From Candidatus Sericytochromatia bacterium (GTDB lineage: Bacteria > Cyanobacteriota > Sericytochromatia > S15B-MN24 > JAQBPE01), in the NCBI GenBank assembly GCA_036675505.1, contig JAKFEW010000041.1:8580-72579 (forward strand): a stretch of 64,000 nucleotides of DNA. Reading direction: 5' to 3'. The position numbers were made by a program, and so were the translations under genes. This document shows, one piece after another, positions 20,054-28,142 of the stretch. Within the stretch, counting starts at the first letter, position 1, and every line of letters begins with the position of its first letter. The notes beneath the pieces were generated by a model. It saw only the letters and a list, made by a program, of their open reading frames with translations. It had not been told where the DNA came from and made no database searches.

Positions 20054-20254
20054 TCAGATCTTCGTCCACTTGCTTTCCGGCCCGCAGGTCCCGCAGACCG
20101 GGAGCATCTGGTCCTTCACCAAGTTCACCATCGGCGGCGGGTTCACGCCGCAGTTGATGCATGCGAAAGCGCCCTCCTCGACGACGCGCTCGCCGGTCTT
20201 GTAGGTCCGCACGGCGGTCTCCGGCTCCTGGCCGGTGAATTCGTATTCTTTCAT
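20054..20254 (-). CDS. Small zinc-ribbon protein.
   Basis: An internal start MKEYEFTG is at 20254. There are two CxxC pairs (CINCG and CGTCG). Confidence 0.45.
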   Translation of the reverse strand: MKEYEFTGQEPETAVRTYKTGERVVEEGAFACINCGVNPPPMVNLVKDQMLPVCGTCGPESKWTKI

Positions 20255-20406
20255 GGCGCGATCCTCCTGCCGGGGCCCATGATGGCGCCGATCGCCCCTC
20301 TGAATCAACGAACGACCGGCCTCCCGCGCCTTCGGCGACCGCCCGGGTGCCGGCATGTGGGGTTCCACGGATGGACGCCAGCCCGCGCCGGGCCGATGAT
20401 CGGACC

Positions 20407-21891
20407 ATGGTGCGATCAGCTTGCGGCAAGGCGCTCGGCGTCGGGATGATCGGCGTGGCCCTCGCGGCTTGCGTCGGCGGGCCGCCGGCCGGCGCCCCGG
20501 TCGGGACGCCCGGCAGCCAGGTGGCTGGCCCTTCACAGGCCCTGGCGAGCGGCCCGCGCGACCCGCTCGAGGTCACCATCACGGCGAGCGAGTTCGGCTT
20601 CACGCCGCGCCGCCTGCAGGTGCCCGTCGGGCGGCGGATCGACTTCCGCTTCGTGAACCGGGGCGCCATCGACCACGACTGGCTGATCCGGTCGGTCGGC
20701 CTCCACCTGCACGCGACGCCGGGCACCGAGGCGCGGGCCTCGCTCACCTTCAGCGCCCCCGCCACCTACGCGGCGGCCTGCAGCTACCCCACCCACGGCG
20801 ACTACGGCATGGTCGGCGAGCTCGTGGTGGCCGCGGACCCGAACGCCGCGGGCGGCGGCCTCGCCGAGCCGGCCCAGGCGCCTGCGGTGCCTGGCGACGC
20901 GGTGCGGCTGCCGGCGCCTCGCCCGGCGCCGCCCGTGGGCCGGACGGATCCCCGCGTGGTCTACGTCCGCCTCGAGCCGACGGAGTCGGTGGGCCTCGTG
21001 GGTGATGGGGTCGCGACGACGTTCTGGACCTTCAACGGCTCGGTGCCCGGGCCGATGGTGCGGGCCCTCGCGGGAGACACGGTGAAGATCCGCCTCGACA
21101 ACCCGATCCGCAACCGCGAATCCCACAGCGTGGACTTCCATGCGGCGACCGGCCCGCATGGCGGCGCCGCCGCGACCCAGGTCGCGCCGGGCGGCCATGG
21201 CGAGTTCACCTTCAAGGCCGTCCATCCCGGCGTCTACGTCTACCACTGCGGCACGCCGCGCGTCGCCCACCACGTCGCCCACGGCCTGTACGGCCTGATC
21301 GTGATCGAGCCGGCCGGCGGGCTCCCGGCGGTCGATCATGAGCTCTACGTGATGCAAGGGGAGCTCTACCTGGCGGGCGGCGCGGAGGCGCGCGGGTTGC
21401 AGCCGATGCTCTGGAACGACGTCGCCGCCGAGCGGCCGAGCCACGTGGTGTTCAACGGCGCCGTGGATGCCCTCGTGGGCGAGCGGGCGCCGCGGATGAA
21501 CGCCGGCGAGACGCTGCGGATCTTCTTCGGCAACGGCGGCCCCAACCTCGCCTCGAGCTTCCACCTGATCGGCGAGGTCTTCGATCGCGTGTACGTCGAC
21601 GGCAGCAGCCGCGCGCTCGAGCGCGCGTCGGTCGTGTCGGTGCCGCCCGGCGGCGCGGCGATCGCCGAGCTGGTGCTCGAAGTGCCAGGCACCTACCACC
21701 TGGTCGACCACGCGCTCTCGCGGGTCGGCAAGGGGGCGCTCGGCGAGCTGGTCGTGGCGGGCGAGCCCCGCGCGGACCTGTTTTCGCCGGGGACGCTGGT
21801 GCCGATCGGCCACGATCACCCGGCGGGCGACCACAAAGACCACGGCCACGGCGCGGGCACGCACGACCACGGTGCGCCGGCCGCCGAATGA
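20407..21891 (+). CDS. nirK: Copper-containing nitrite reductase (NirK family) with a fused N-terminal cupredoxin domain and a His-rich C-terminal tail.
   Basis: The cupredoxin ligands are HDW, C-SYPTHGDYGM. NirK-type motifs are VDFHAATGPHGG and VYHCGTPRVAHHVAHGLYG. The C-terminus reads HDHPAGDHKDHGHGAGTHDHG. Confidence 0.7.
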   Translation: MVRSACGKALGVGMIGVALAACVGGPPAGAPVGTPGSQVAGPSQALASGPRDPLEVTITASEFGFTPRRLQVPVGRRIDFRFVNRGAIDHDWLIRSVGLHLHATPGTEARASLTFSAPATYAAACSYPTHGDYGMVGELVVAADPNAAGGGLAEPAQAPAVPGDAVRLPAPRPAPPVGRTDPRVVYVRLEPTESVGLVGDGVATTFWTFNGSVPGPMVRALAGDTVKIRLDNPIRNRESHSVDFHAATGPHGGAAATQVAPGGHGEFTFKAVHPGVYVYHCGTPRVAHHVAHGLYGLIVIEPAGGLPAVDHELYVMQGELYLAGGAEARGLQPMLWNDVAAERPSHVVFNGAVDALVGERAPRMNAGETLRIFFGNGGPNLASSFHLIGEVFDRVYVDGSSRALERASVVSVPPGGAAIAELVLEVPGTYHLVDHALSRVGKGALGELVVAGEPRADLFSPGTLVPIGHDHPAGDHKDHGHGAGTHDHGAPAAE

Positions 21892-21895
21892 ACTG

Positions 21896-21921
21896 CCGGC
21901 CTCCCGGTGACGGGAGGCCGG
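21896..21921. terminator. GC hairpin (ccggcctcccg gtga cgggaggccgg) immediately after the nirK stop.
   Basis: An 11-bp perfect stem with a 4-nt loop sits 5 nt after the stop codon. No T-tract follows, as is common in high-GC genomes. Confidence 0.4.
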
Positions 21922-21930
21922 CCTCGAGGC

Positions 21931-22020
21931 GAGCGCTGAGGGATTCGAACCCTCGGAGGCTTTTGAGACCTCATTCGTTTTCAAGTCGGTCCAGGCGCCG
22001 TTTCGGGGAGTTCCGCCGAG
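21931..22020 (-). pseudogene. Degenerate tRNA-Ser-like remnant (copy A). It has an intact T-arm and anticodon-loop-like segments but no foldable acceptor or D arm.
   Basis: The reverse complement contains GAGGGTTCGAATCCCTC (T-arm), CTTGAAAAC (Ser-UGA anticodon-loop signature) and AAGCCTCCG (variable arm). It aligns at about 70% to the intact tRNA-Ser at 33283-33367. No cloverleaf of normal length can be made. Confidence 0.5.
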
Positions 22021-22108
22021 GCGGTCCGGGGCCGCTCTTCCTCGCCGCAGTTCGATCCTACCACGGCGGCGACTTCGTCCACGGTCCGCGTAGGCGGGGG
22101 CGCGGCGG

Positions 22109-22137
22109 GGAGGTGGCGCCCAAAATCGGCGCCCAAC
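22109..22137. repeat. Conserved direct-repeat motif, copy A: ggaggtggcgcccaaaatcggcgcccaac, containing two GGCGCCC half-sites.
   Basis: The same motif occurs at 24623-24651 and 33453-33480. Each copy lies about 80 nt upstream, in the minus-strand sense, of a tRNA-Ser or tRNA-Ser remnant. Confidence 0.6.
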
Positions 22138-22250
22138 CCAACCTAGGTCGCGCCAGCCGCCAGGTCCAGGCTGTCGCTGGGTAGAGAGATCACGCACCCT
22201 TCTTGATTGGGTCGCCACCAAGCAAGGACAAGTGGGAGAAGTAGAACTAA

Positions 22251-24002
22251 ATGGCAGAGAATCCCTTGCTTCGATTGCTTTCCGCGGGCCTCGCCTCGAT
22301 CCGTGCGGTTGGCGCGGGCAAAGCAAGTGCGCCATCCAATCCCGGCATTTCGCAGGTGCAGTTGGAGGCTGTCGAGAAGTACCGTAAGGCTGCTGAGCGA
22401 GGCGACGCGGCAGCCCAGTATATGCTGGGGGATGCGCACGCCAAGGGCCAGGGAGTGGCACGGGACCACGCTAAAGCGGTGGAGTGGTGGCGCAAGGCTG
22501 CCGAACAGGGCAACGCGGATGCGCAGTGGAGTCTCGGGGTTGCGTACGACAACGGCTGGGAGGAAGTGGCGCAGGACCACGCCAAGGCTGTGGCGCTCTA
22601 CCGCATGGCCGCCGAGCAGGGCAACGTGAGGGCGCAGTGGAGCCTCGGCTATATGTACCGTGAGGGCCGTGGCGTGGCGCAGGACCACGCTAGGGCGGTG
22701 GAGTGGTGGCGCAAGGCTGCTGACCAGGGCGACGCAGCGGCGCAGTACGGCCTTGGCGTCGCGTACGTCAACGGCCAGGGCGTAGCAATGGACGAGATCG
22801 AGGCGGTGGAGTGGTGGCGCAAGGCCGCCGAACAGGGCAACGCGAGCGCGCAGCGCGACCTCGGGTCTGCGTACGCCTACGGTAGGGGAGTGCCAGTGAA
22901 CCGCAAAAAAGCGATGTTGCTGTGGTTCGATGCTGCTGAAGGGGGCGACGAGGCGGCCCAGTGTATACTTGGGGTTGCGTTCGATACTGGCGTAGGAGCG
23001 CCATTGGACCACTCCAAGGCCGTGATGTTTTATCGCATGGCCGCCGAACGTGGCAACGCGGAGGCACAGTACAACCTAGGGTTTTCGTACCATAGCGGCC
23101 GTGGTGCGGTGCAGGACGACGCAATGGCGGTGGAGTGGTGGCGAAGGGCCGCCGAACAGGGCGACGCGAAGGCGAGAGAGGCTTTACAGCATCCTCGCCT
23201 TGTCAACCAGGCGAGGCACCGCGAGACCAACGCCGGTGAGCGAGAGAAAGCCATGGTCAATGTCGGCACCTCTCAATATCCAAGTTACTCTGGCGCCGAA
23301 CTCCACAACATGAAGCGAGCCCTCGATCAGATGCTTGCTGAAAGGTTGCGAGCTGGCCTTTTGGAGGAAGCCAAAGAGATTCATACCAGGCGAGGTGAAC
23401 TCATTGCTTGGATAGAGTCGAAGAACCCCGCCTACAAGCATGCGCGTGAAACGTATATACTTCAGACTGAAGTCATTGACCGGATGATGATTGGCCAATG
23501 CTTTGAAGGGCCGTTCCAGGATCCGCCAATGTATGACCGCTTTGGTGCTCGGGATTCCAGCCCGTTCTTGGATGCAATAAGGGTAATGAAGGGTGAGTTG
23601 TACATTCGCACTGGATCACCATTCGGCTCCGAGCTTGCGGAGTTCATGACGACCAAGGACTTCAGTGTTCTGGAGGATGTTCGGCGAGGTCTAGCAAGTG
23701 AAATCAGGGAAATGGAACAGACGTCGTTGTCGCTTGGACGCGAGGCTGACGGACTTGCTTACCTGAAAATGCAACTTGAAGATTTTGAGACAATCCTAAC
23801 TGAGTCTTGGCTGTTTGCATATGAAATGCGAAATTGGCTGGTTCCCGAGGGGGACTCTGAATCTAACCCGGGCCATGGCCCCATTGACTTTAACGAATGG
23901 CAGGTGTGGAAGCGAATGGAATTCGAGCGGGCAAGTAGTATCTGGACCAACCACCAAGATGGTCCGCCGGCGGCGCTGCGAGTAAATGAAGCAGCAAGCT
24001 GA
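22251..24002 (+). CDS. Sel1-repeat protein (about eight Sel1/TPR-like repeats) with a C-terminal domain of unknown function about 290 aa long.
   Basis: There are repeated units of the form AAEQGNAxAQxxLGxAYxxGxGVxxDxxKAVEWWRKA. The gene is low GC. The C-terminal half has no recognisable motif. Confidence 0.7.
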   Translation: MAENPLLRLLSAGLASIRAVGAGKASAPSNPGISQVQLEAVEKYRKAAERGDAAAQYMLGDAHAKGQGVARDHAKAVEWWRKAAEQGNADAQWSLGVAYDNGWEEVAQDHAKAVALYRMAAEQGNVRAQWSLGYMYREGRGVAQDHARAVEWWRKAADQGDAAAQYGLGVAYVNGQGVAMDEIEAVEWWRKAAEQGNASAQRDLGSAYAYGRGVPVNRKKAMLLWFDAAEGGDEAAQCILGVAFDTGVGAPLDHSKAVMFYRMAAERGNAEAQYNLGFSYHSGRGAVQDDAMAVEWWRRAAEQGDAKAREALQHPRLVNQARHRETNAGEREKAMVNVGTSQYPSYSGAELHNMKRALDQMLAERLRAGLLEEAKEIHTRRGELIAWIESKNPAYKHARETYILQTEVIDRMMIGQCFEGPFQDPPMYDRFGARDSSPFLDAIRVMKGELYIRTGSPFGSELAEFMTTKDFSVLEDVRRGLASEIREMEQTSLSLGREADGLAYLKMQLEDFETILTESWLFAYEMRNWLVPEGDSESNPGHGPIDFNEWQVWKRMEFERASSIWTNHQDGPPAALRVNEAAS

Positions 24003-24021
24003 TTGGGCCAAGCGGGTGATG

Positions 24022-24492
24022 TCATCCGATGAAGCCGCATTTGAGGCAACCTTCTCCACCGAAATTCTCGTTGTATCGTAGCCCCCCACCCCAACCGCAT
24101 TTCGGACAGAACTTCCCAGGCTCGACGTCGTCCCACTGCCACGCACCAACATACTCCGGGATGCCGTCGCGATCAATGCTAGTTACTTCAAATACGTCCG
24201 GCTCAACTGATATCCAGGCATTTCCGTAGTGACAACGCAACTCCTCGTAGACTTCCCCGGCAGAAAAGTTGAACCATTCAGAATGGGCGCGCTTCGCGCG
24301 GTACTTTTGGTGCAACCTCGCTTCTAGGTCACGGTCATCGCTGGATGTGAGGTAGCCCATCAACTTTAGCTGCTGCGGGCTGCCGGTTTGAAGCTCTCTC
24401 ACTCTTCGAGGAACATCGCCACTGTACCCGATCTTTACGCGGATGCAGTTGTAGTCAGGGTTCTCGTTATCTGCAATGAAGTAAACGGCCAA
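24022..24492 (-). CDS. T5orf172 (GIY-YIG-like, MUG113) domain protein with a C-terminal zinc ribbon.
   Basis: CIRVKIGYSGDVPRRVRELQTGSPQQLKLMGYL...LEARLHQKYRAKRAHSEWFNF matches the T5orf172 consensus. The C-terminus has CPKCG...CLKCG. The gene is low GC. Confidence 0.65.
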   Translation of the reverse strand: MAVYFIADNENPDYNCIRVKIGYSGDVPRRVRELQTGSPQQLKLMGYLTSSDDRDLEARLHQKYRAKRAHSEWFNFSAGEVYEELRCHYGNAWISVEPDVFEVTSIDRDGIPEYVGAWQWDDVEPGKFCPKCGWGGGLRYNENFGGEGCLKCGFIG

Positions 24493-24495
24493 GAG

Positions 24496-24651
24496 TTGAG
24501 ACCTCGTTGTTCAGTCGCCCCAGGCGCCGGTTCGAGAAGTTCCGGCGAGATCGACTCGGGCCACGCTGGGTAGCCCCTGCTCGAGACTTCGTTCACGGTG
24601 GGCGGAGGCGGCTCCGCCGTGTGGAGGTGGCACCCAATTTGGCACCCAGAC
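24496..24651 (-). pseudogene. Truncated tRNA-Ser-region remnant (copy B). It lacks the T-arm but keeps the 5' half and the upstream direct-repeat motif (24623-24651).
   Basis: ttgagacctcgttgttcagtcgccccaggcgccggttcgagaagttccggcgag aligns to copy A (21965-22020). The repeat here is ggaggtggcacccaatttggcacccagac: both half-sites changed to GGCACCC. Confidence 0.45.
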
Positions 24652-24706
24652 TGAAGCTGTCATACCTCCAGAGGCCGTCGGTGTTGTGCAGCGAAGCTAG
24701 AAAGTT

Positions 24707-25516
24707 TCAGTGACTACCCTGGAGCAAGGGGAGGCGCAGTTCGCGTTCAGGCCCACGTTTAAGGTACTCACTCACTAGACGAATCCAGCATCGCAGTTCG
24801 GGACCCGGCACACGGACGAAGCCGTAGTGCTTTCGCTGGACCTGCTCCAACTCGTCATCAGGAATGCCAGGACCGACTTCGGCGATGTACTGAGCCAACC
24901 GGATCCCGATTCGGAAACCTAGGTCCTGGGTCATTACCAGAGAGCGCACTACGCAGAGGCTCGGAAACGGATTTTCGACACGATTTATCTCAACCACCTG
25001 GTCGAGAATAGCATTGAAGAACTGGTCATCGCCGGAATAGACTGCTCGCTCTTGGCCGGGCTCTGGCCATAGCTCAACGGCAACGGCCTCCACGTTCAGG
25101 AAGGTCGTGCGTGGGAGATCGGAAAAGCTTGGTTCGCTTACGCCGTCTTCTACGATGGCCCAAGTCCGCTCTAGAGGCCAAACATCAAAGAGCCACTCTG
25201 ACTTTCGTAACTGGAGCCCTCCGAACCGGGTTTCGCGGGTGATCAAGTCCTCGAAAAGATCGCGCAGGCTTTCCAAAGGCTGGCCCTGGGTAACGATGTC
25301 CACATCACGTGGACGGCCCACACTCCGGTGAACGAGTCGCGAAATGAGCAGAGAACGTAATGTGCCTCCAAAGAGGACCGCCTGCCAGTTGTGCTGGCGA
25401 ATGGACCCCGTAACATCCGACAAAGCTTCCCAGACGCCTTCCTGACGACGGCAGAACGAATCTACCTCCGTCCTTAGCATCATCTTAAGATCGTCGATTG
25501 TTGTAGCATTAGCCAT
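24707..25516 (-). CDS. Hypothetical protein with a nucleotidyltransferase (Pol-beta-like) fold signature. Translationally coupled to the upstream dGTPase.
   Basis: There is an 8-nt overlap with the dGTPase stop. The motif LFGGTLRS...RPRDVDIV (G[GS]...DxD) is present, with a later acidic residue at FDVW. The gene is low GC. The functional call is tentative. Confidence 0.45.
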   Translation of the reverse strand: MANATTIDDLKMMLRTEVDSFCRRQEGVWEALSDVTGSIRQHNWQAVLFGGTLRSLLISRLVHRSVGRPRDVDIVTQGQPLESLRDLFEDLITRETRFGGLQLRKSEWLFDVWPLERTWAIVEDGVSEPSFSDLPRTTFLNVEAVAVELWPEPGQERAVYSGDDQFFNAILDQVVEINRVENPFPSLCVVRSLVMTQDLGFRIGIRLAQYIAEVGPGIPDDELEQVQRKHYGFVRVPGPELRCWIRLVSEYLKRGPERELRLPLLQGSH

Positions 25517-26960
25517 TGGTCAACTCCGAGTGAAGACGCTTGGCAAACGAATCGGTCATGCCACAAACATAGTCTGTCACCAATTGAAGGCGATGATAAT
25601 CAACAGGCAAGTCTTTTTCCTGCACAGCAGAGTGTGCAAACACTTTGCGATAGGCATCAGAAAGCAGTGACTGCGATTTGCCAGCAAAGGACTTCGGCTT
25701 CGGGGCTTTGCCGGGTTCAAGCACGCTAGCACCCTCCCAAAAGAGGGTGAGCAGATCACTTATGACTTTCCGGCCCTGCAGTTCTAGCTTTAGATTGGAG
25801 TGTGTGCAGTAAATCTTGGTGCGTCCAATGAACTTCAATAGTTCCACAAATGGGGCTTGCTCACCTGTTCCCACCAACTCGCCCTCACCTTTGCCGTTGA
25901 ATCGCCCCTCCATGATTGCGTCGTAGTTCTGTTCGAACTCCCTGGCTGCCGCCTCTACTAGAACACCGATTGCAGCAGTGCGGAATGCGGCCGCATGGAC
26001 ATCGTCGGGCAAATCTGCTGGATTCTCGCTTGGCTTGAGAACACGTGCTTTACCTTCCAATACCCTTTCAACGGTATCTGATGCCGCTTTCAGTTTGGCG
26101 TCTTTGGTCGCAGGATCCTTATCGTCCCATATTGCTGCGAGTTCCAACAATGCCGCATCTTTCAAGAGGAACTGCAATTCGGGCCAAGACAAAATACGTT
26201 TCTTTACTCCGTCCTCGATGTCCGCAACAGAGTAGACAATATCGTCTGCAGCTTCAATAAGAAACGCAATGGGGTTACGCGCGTCGCCTGTCCCGGTCTT
26301 TTGCCGGATTCCTTCGATGAGGCTTTTTTCCGAAGTAAAGTAGCCTGGCTTCGATTTTGCGTGGTCAACGACTGTGCCCACCTCCATCGACGACGCCGTG
26401 TATTTGCATAGTGCAGACAACGTGCCAAAGGTTAGGTTCAACCCGTTATAGTCGGCCAGTACATGAAGCTTCGCCACGATTCGCATTGTCTGGGCGTTGC
26501 CCTCGAATCGCAAGAAGTCATCAACCAATTCTTGCCTGCCTCCAAGGAGGGCCAACAGTTCGCCCTTATTGAAGAACTTTCTGAACCATTCCTGGATGGC
26601 ATCTTCTCCAGAATGACCAAACGGAGGATTTCCAAGGTCATGAATCAACCCACAAGTCCCAGCAATCGCTTCGATCTGACGATCTTGCCCGTCTTTGATG
26701 TGCCCTTTCGGCAAGAGAAAGTCTTTGCTTACCTTCCTCGCAAGCCCACGGGCAACTGATGATACCTCCATGGAGTGGGTCAAACGCGTACGCACAGAGT
26801 CATGAGGCTCCAACGGAAAGACCTGGGCCTTGTCCTGAAGCCTCTTTACGGGTGACGAAAACACGACGCGATCGTAGTCACGTTCGAACTCTTCGCGGTG
26901 ATCACCACCGCTGGAAGACTTGCGAGGGCGTTCGGAGTTCAGAAGCGTATCCCAGTTCAC
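25509..26960 (-). CDS. dGTPase-family (Dgt, HD-domain) deoxynucleoside triphosphate triphosphohydrolase. Putative nucleotide-depletion defence effector.
   Basis: RLTHSMEVSSVARGLA and HDLGNPPFGHSGE are the HD metal-binding motifs. The C-terminus has YVCGMTDSFA. The protein is 483 aa. The gene is low GC, lies in an accessory island, and has an AT-rich promoter region at 26961-27023. Confidence 0.8.
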   Translation of the reverse strand: MNWDTLLNSERPRKSSSGGDHREEFERDYDRVVFSSPVKRLQDKAQVFPLEPHDSVRTRLTHSMEVSSVARGLARKVSKDFLLPKGHIKDGQDRQIEAIAGTCGLIHDLGNPPFGHSGEDAIQEWFRKFFNKGELLALLGGRQELVDDFLRFEGNAQTMRIVAKLHVLADYNGLNLTFGTLSALCKYTASSMEVGTVVDHAKSKPGYFTSEKSLIEGIRQKTGTGDARNPIAFLIEAADDIVYSVADIEDGVKKRILSWPELQFLLKDAALLELAAIWDDKDPATKDAKLKAASDTVERVLEGKARVLKPSENPADLPDDVHAAAFRTAAIGVLVEAAAREFEQNYDAIMEGRFNGKGEGELVGTGEQAPFVELLKFIGRTKIYCTHSNLKLELQGRKVISDLLTLFWEGASVLEPGKAPKPKSFAGKSQSLLSDAYRKVFAHSAVQEKDLPVDYHRLQLVTDYVCGMTDSFAKRLHSELTNG

Positions 26961-27023
26961 TCGCGGTTCTCCTCATTAAATGACGGTCTCAAAATGTAGA
27001 TACCGGTTAAACGTGACGAGATA

Positions 27024-28142
27024 CTATTTTTCAAAATCGAATTTCCCAGGCAAAAGCTGTAAATTGGGGCGAATACCTGAAATTGGAGGAGTCGAACTCT
27101 GACGTCCTCCATCAACGGCCGACATCAAAACGCCAAACGTCAAGGCCTCAAGTTCAGGAAGCGGAATACACAACTCCCGCGCTATCTCAACCTTTCGGCG
27201 ACCCTCTTCAAGCAACATTCCAAACACATTCCTGAAAATCTCTGACGTCTCGCGCGAGATCGAATCTGGTTCGTGAGTCCGAAAGCCGCGCTGTGAGACC
27301 TCAATCGCCATCGTTCGATACTGCCACTCAGTGAGTAACTCCAGATGGTGTAGTCGATAAGCAAGCGCGGCCACAGAAACGCCCCATCCGCGCTTAAGCC
27401 GAATTAGCCCATCAACAGACGGGGTACGGCGAATGGCTGCAAGAACAGATTCCGCAGGCATCAAGAAGGCAGAGGCGAACGCGTTTGCGTCGCGCTCCGG
27501 ATCCCGATCAGCGGGCATCCCAAAACGGTGCATCACCAAATGACCCAACTCGTGGGCTGCATCGAGCCTACTCCGCTCGCTCGACTTCTTTGTATTCAGA
27601 AACACGTAAGGCCGAAAGTCGCGCCAAAGTGAAAAAGCATCGACCTCTGCACAGTCCTCCGCAAGGGAGAAGACTATTACACCCTTTTCCTCAAGAAGAT
27701 GAACCATGCTTGGAATCGGTCCACTTCCAAGATTCCAATAGGCCCTAAGGACGACGGCAGCTTCTTCTGGAGAGTGATTGCTAAGATCGGGAAGATCCGC
27801 ATGGTCAAGTGAAAACTCTTGCTCAATCCAATCGGCCACGACAATACCCAATGCGCCAGCACCAAGCGCTGCGTCCCGCTGGCTCGCCGTCATTCGTTTA
27901 AGCGACCTAAAGCTAGCGCTCTCCGGCTTAGGTTCAAACAAAGTCGGTCCAGCGAAGAACTCAATCGGAAAGCAGAGTGAACGAGAAAGCTTGTTGAGAG
28001 TCTCACCGCAAGGGGGGCGACTACCGTCCTCGAACATCTGAAGAGCCCGTGTTGAGACCCCAACGTTCTCAGCCAACTTTACCTTGCTCAAGCCCCTACG
28101 CTTGCGCGCCAAGGAAAGCCTAGTTGGGTTGAACTCCGCCAT
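27024..28142 (-). CDS. Fused XRE-family HTH plus ImmA/IrrE-type zinc metallopeptidase (HEXXH) regulator.
   Basis: The start MAEFNPTRLSLARKRRGLSKVKLAENVGVSTRALQMFEDG (HTH_XRE) was verified at 28142. The peptidase motif is HELGHLVMH. There is a 23-nt overlap with the upstream gene. Confidence 0.8.
   Translation of the reverse strand: MAEFNPTRLSLARKRRGLSKVKLAENVGVSTRALQMFEDGSRPPCGETLNKLSRSLCFPIEFFAGPTLFEPKPESASFRSLKRMTASQRDAALGAGALGIVVADWIEQEFSLDHADLPDLSNHSPEEAAVVLRAYWNLGSGPIPSMVHLLEEKGVIVFSLAEDCAEVDAFSLWRDFRPYVFLNTKKSSERSRLDAAHELGHLVMHRFGMPADRDPERDANAFASAFLMPAESVLAAIRRTPSVDGLIRLKRGWGVSVAALAYRLHHLELLTEWQYRTMAIEVSQRGFRTHEPDSISRETSEIFRNVFGMLLEEGRRKVEIARELCIPLPELEALTFGVLMSAVDGGRQSSTPPISGIRPNLQLLPGKFDFEK

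Noticed and set aside
21931-22020. tRNA-like sequence with a perfect GGGTTCGAATCCC T-arm, considered as a functional tRNA or the 3' end of a tmRNA.
   Set aside because: No 7-bp acceptor stem or D-arm can be formed. The homologous stretch is 108 nt if forced to pair. It is best explained as a decayed tRNA-Ser copy. No tmRNA tag-reading frame or pseudoknot pattern was found.
22143-23012. 289-aa antisense ORF and other short ORFs inside the Sel1 gene.
   Set aside because: They are produced by the near-identical nucleotide repeats that encode the Sel1 units. They lie on the opposite strand and have no independent support.
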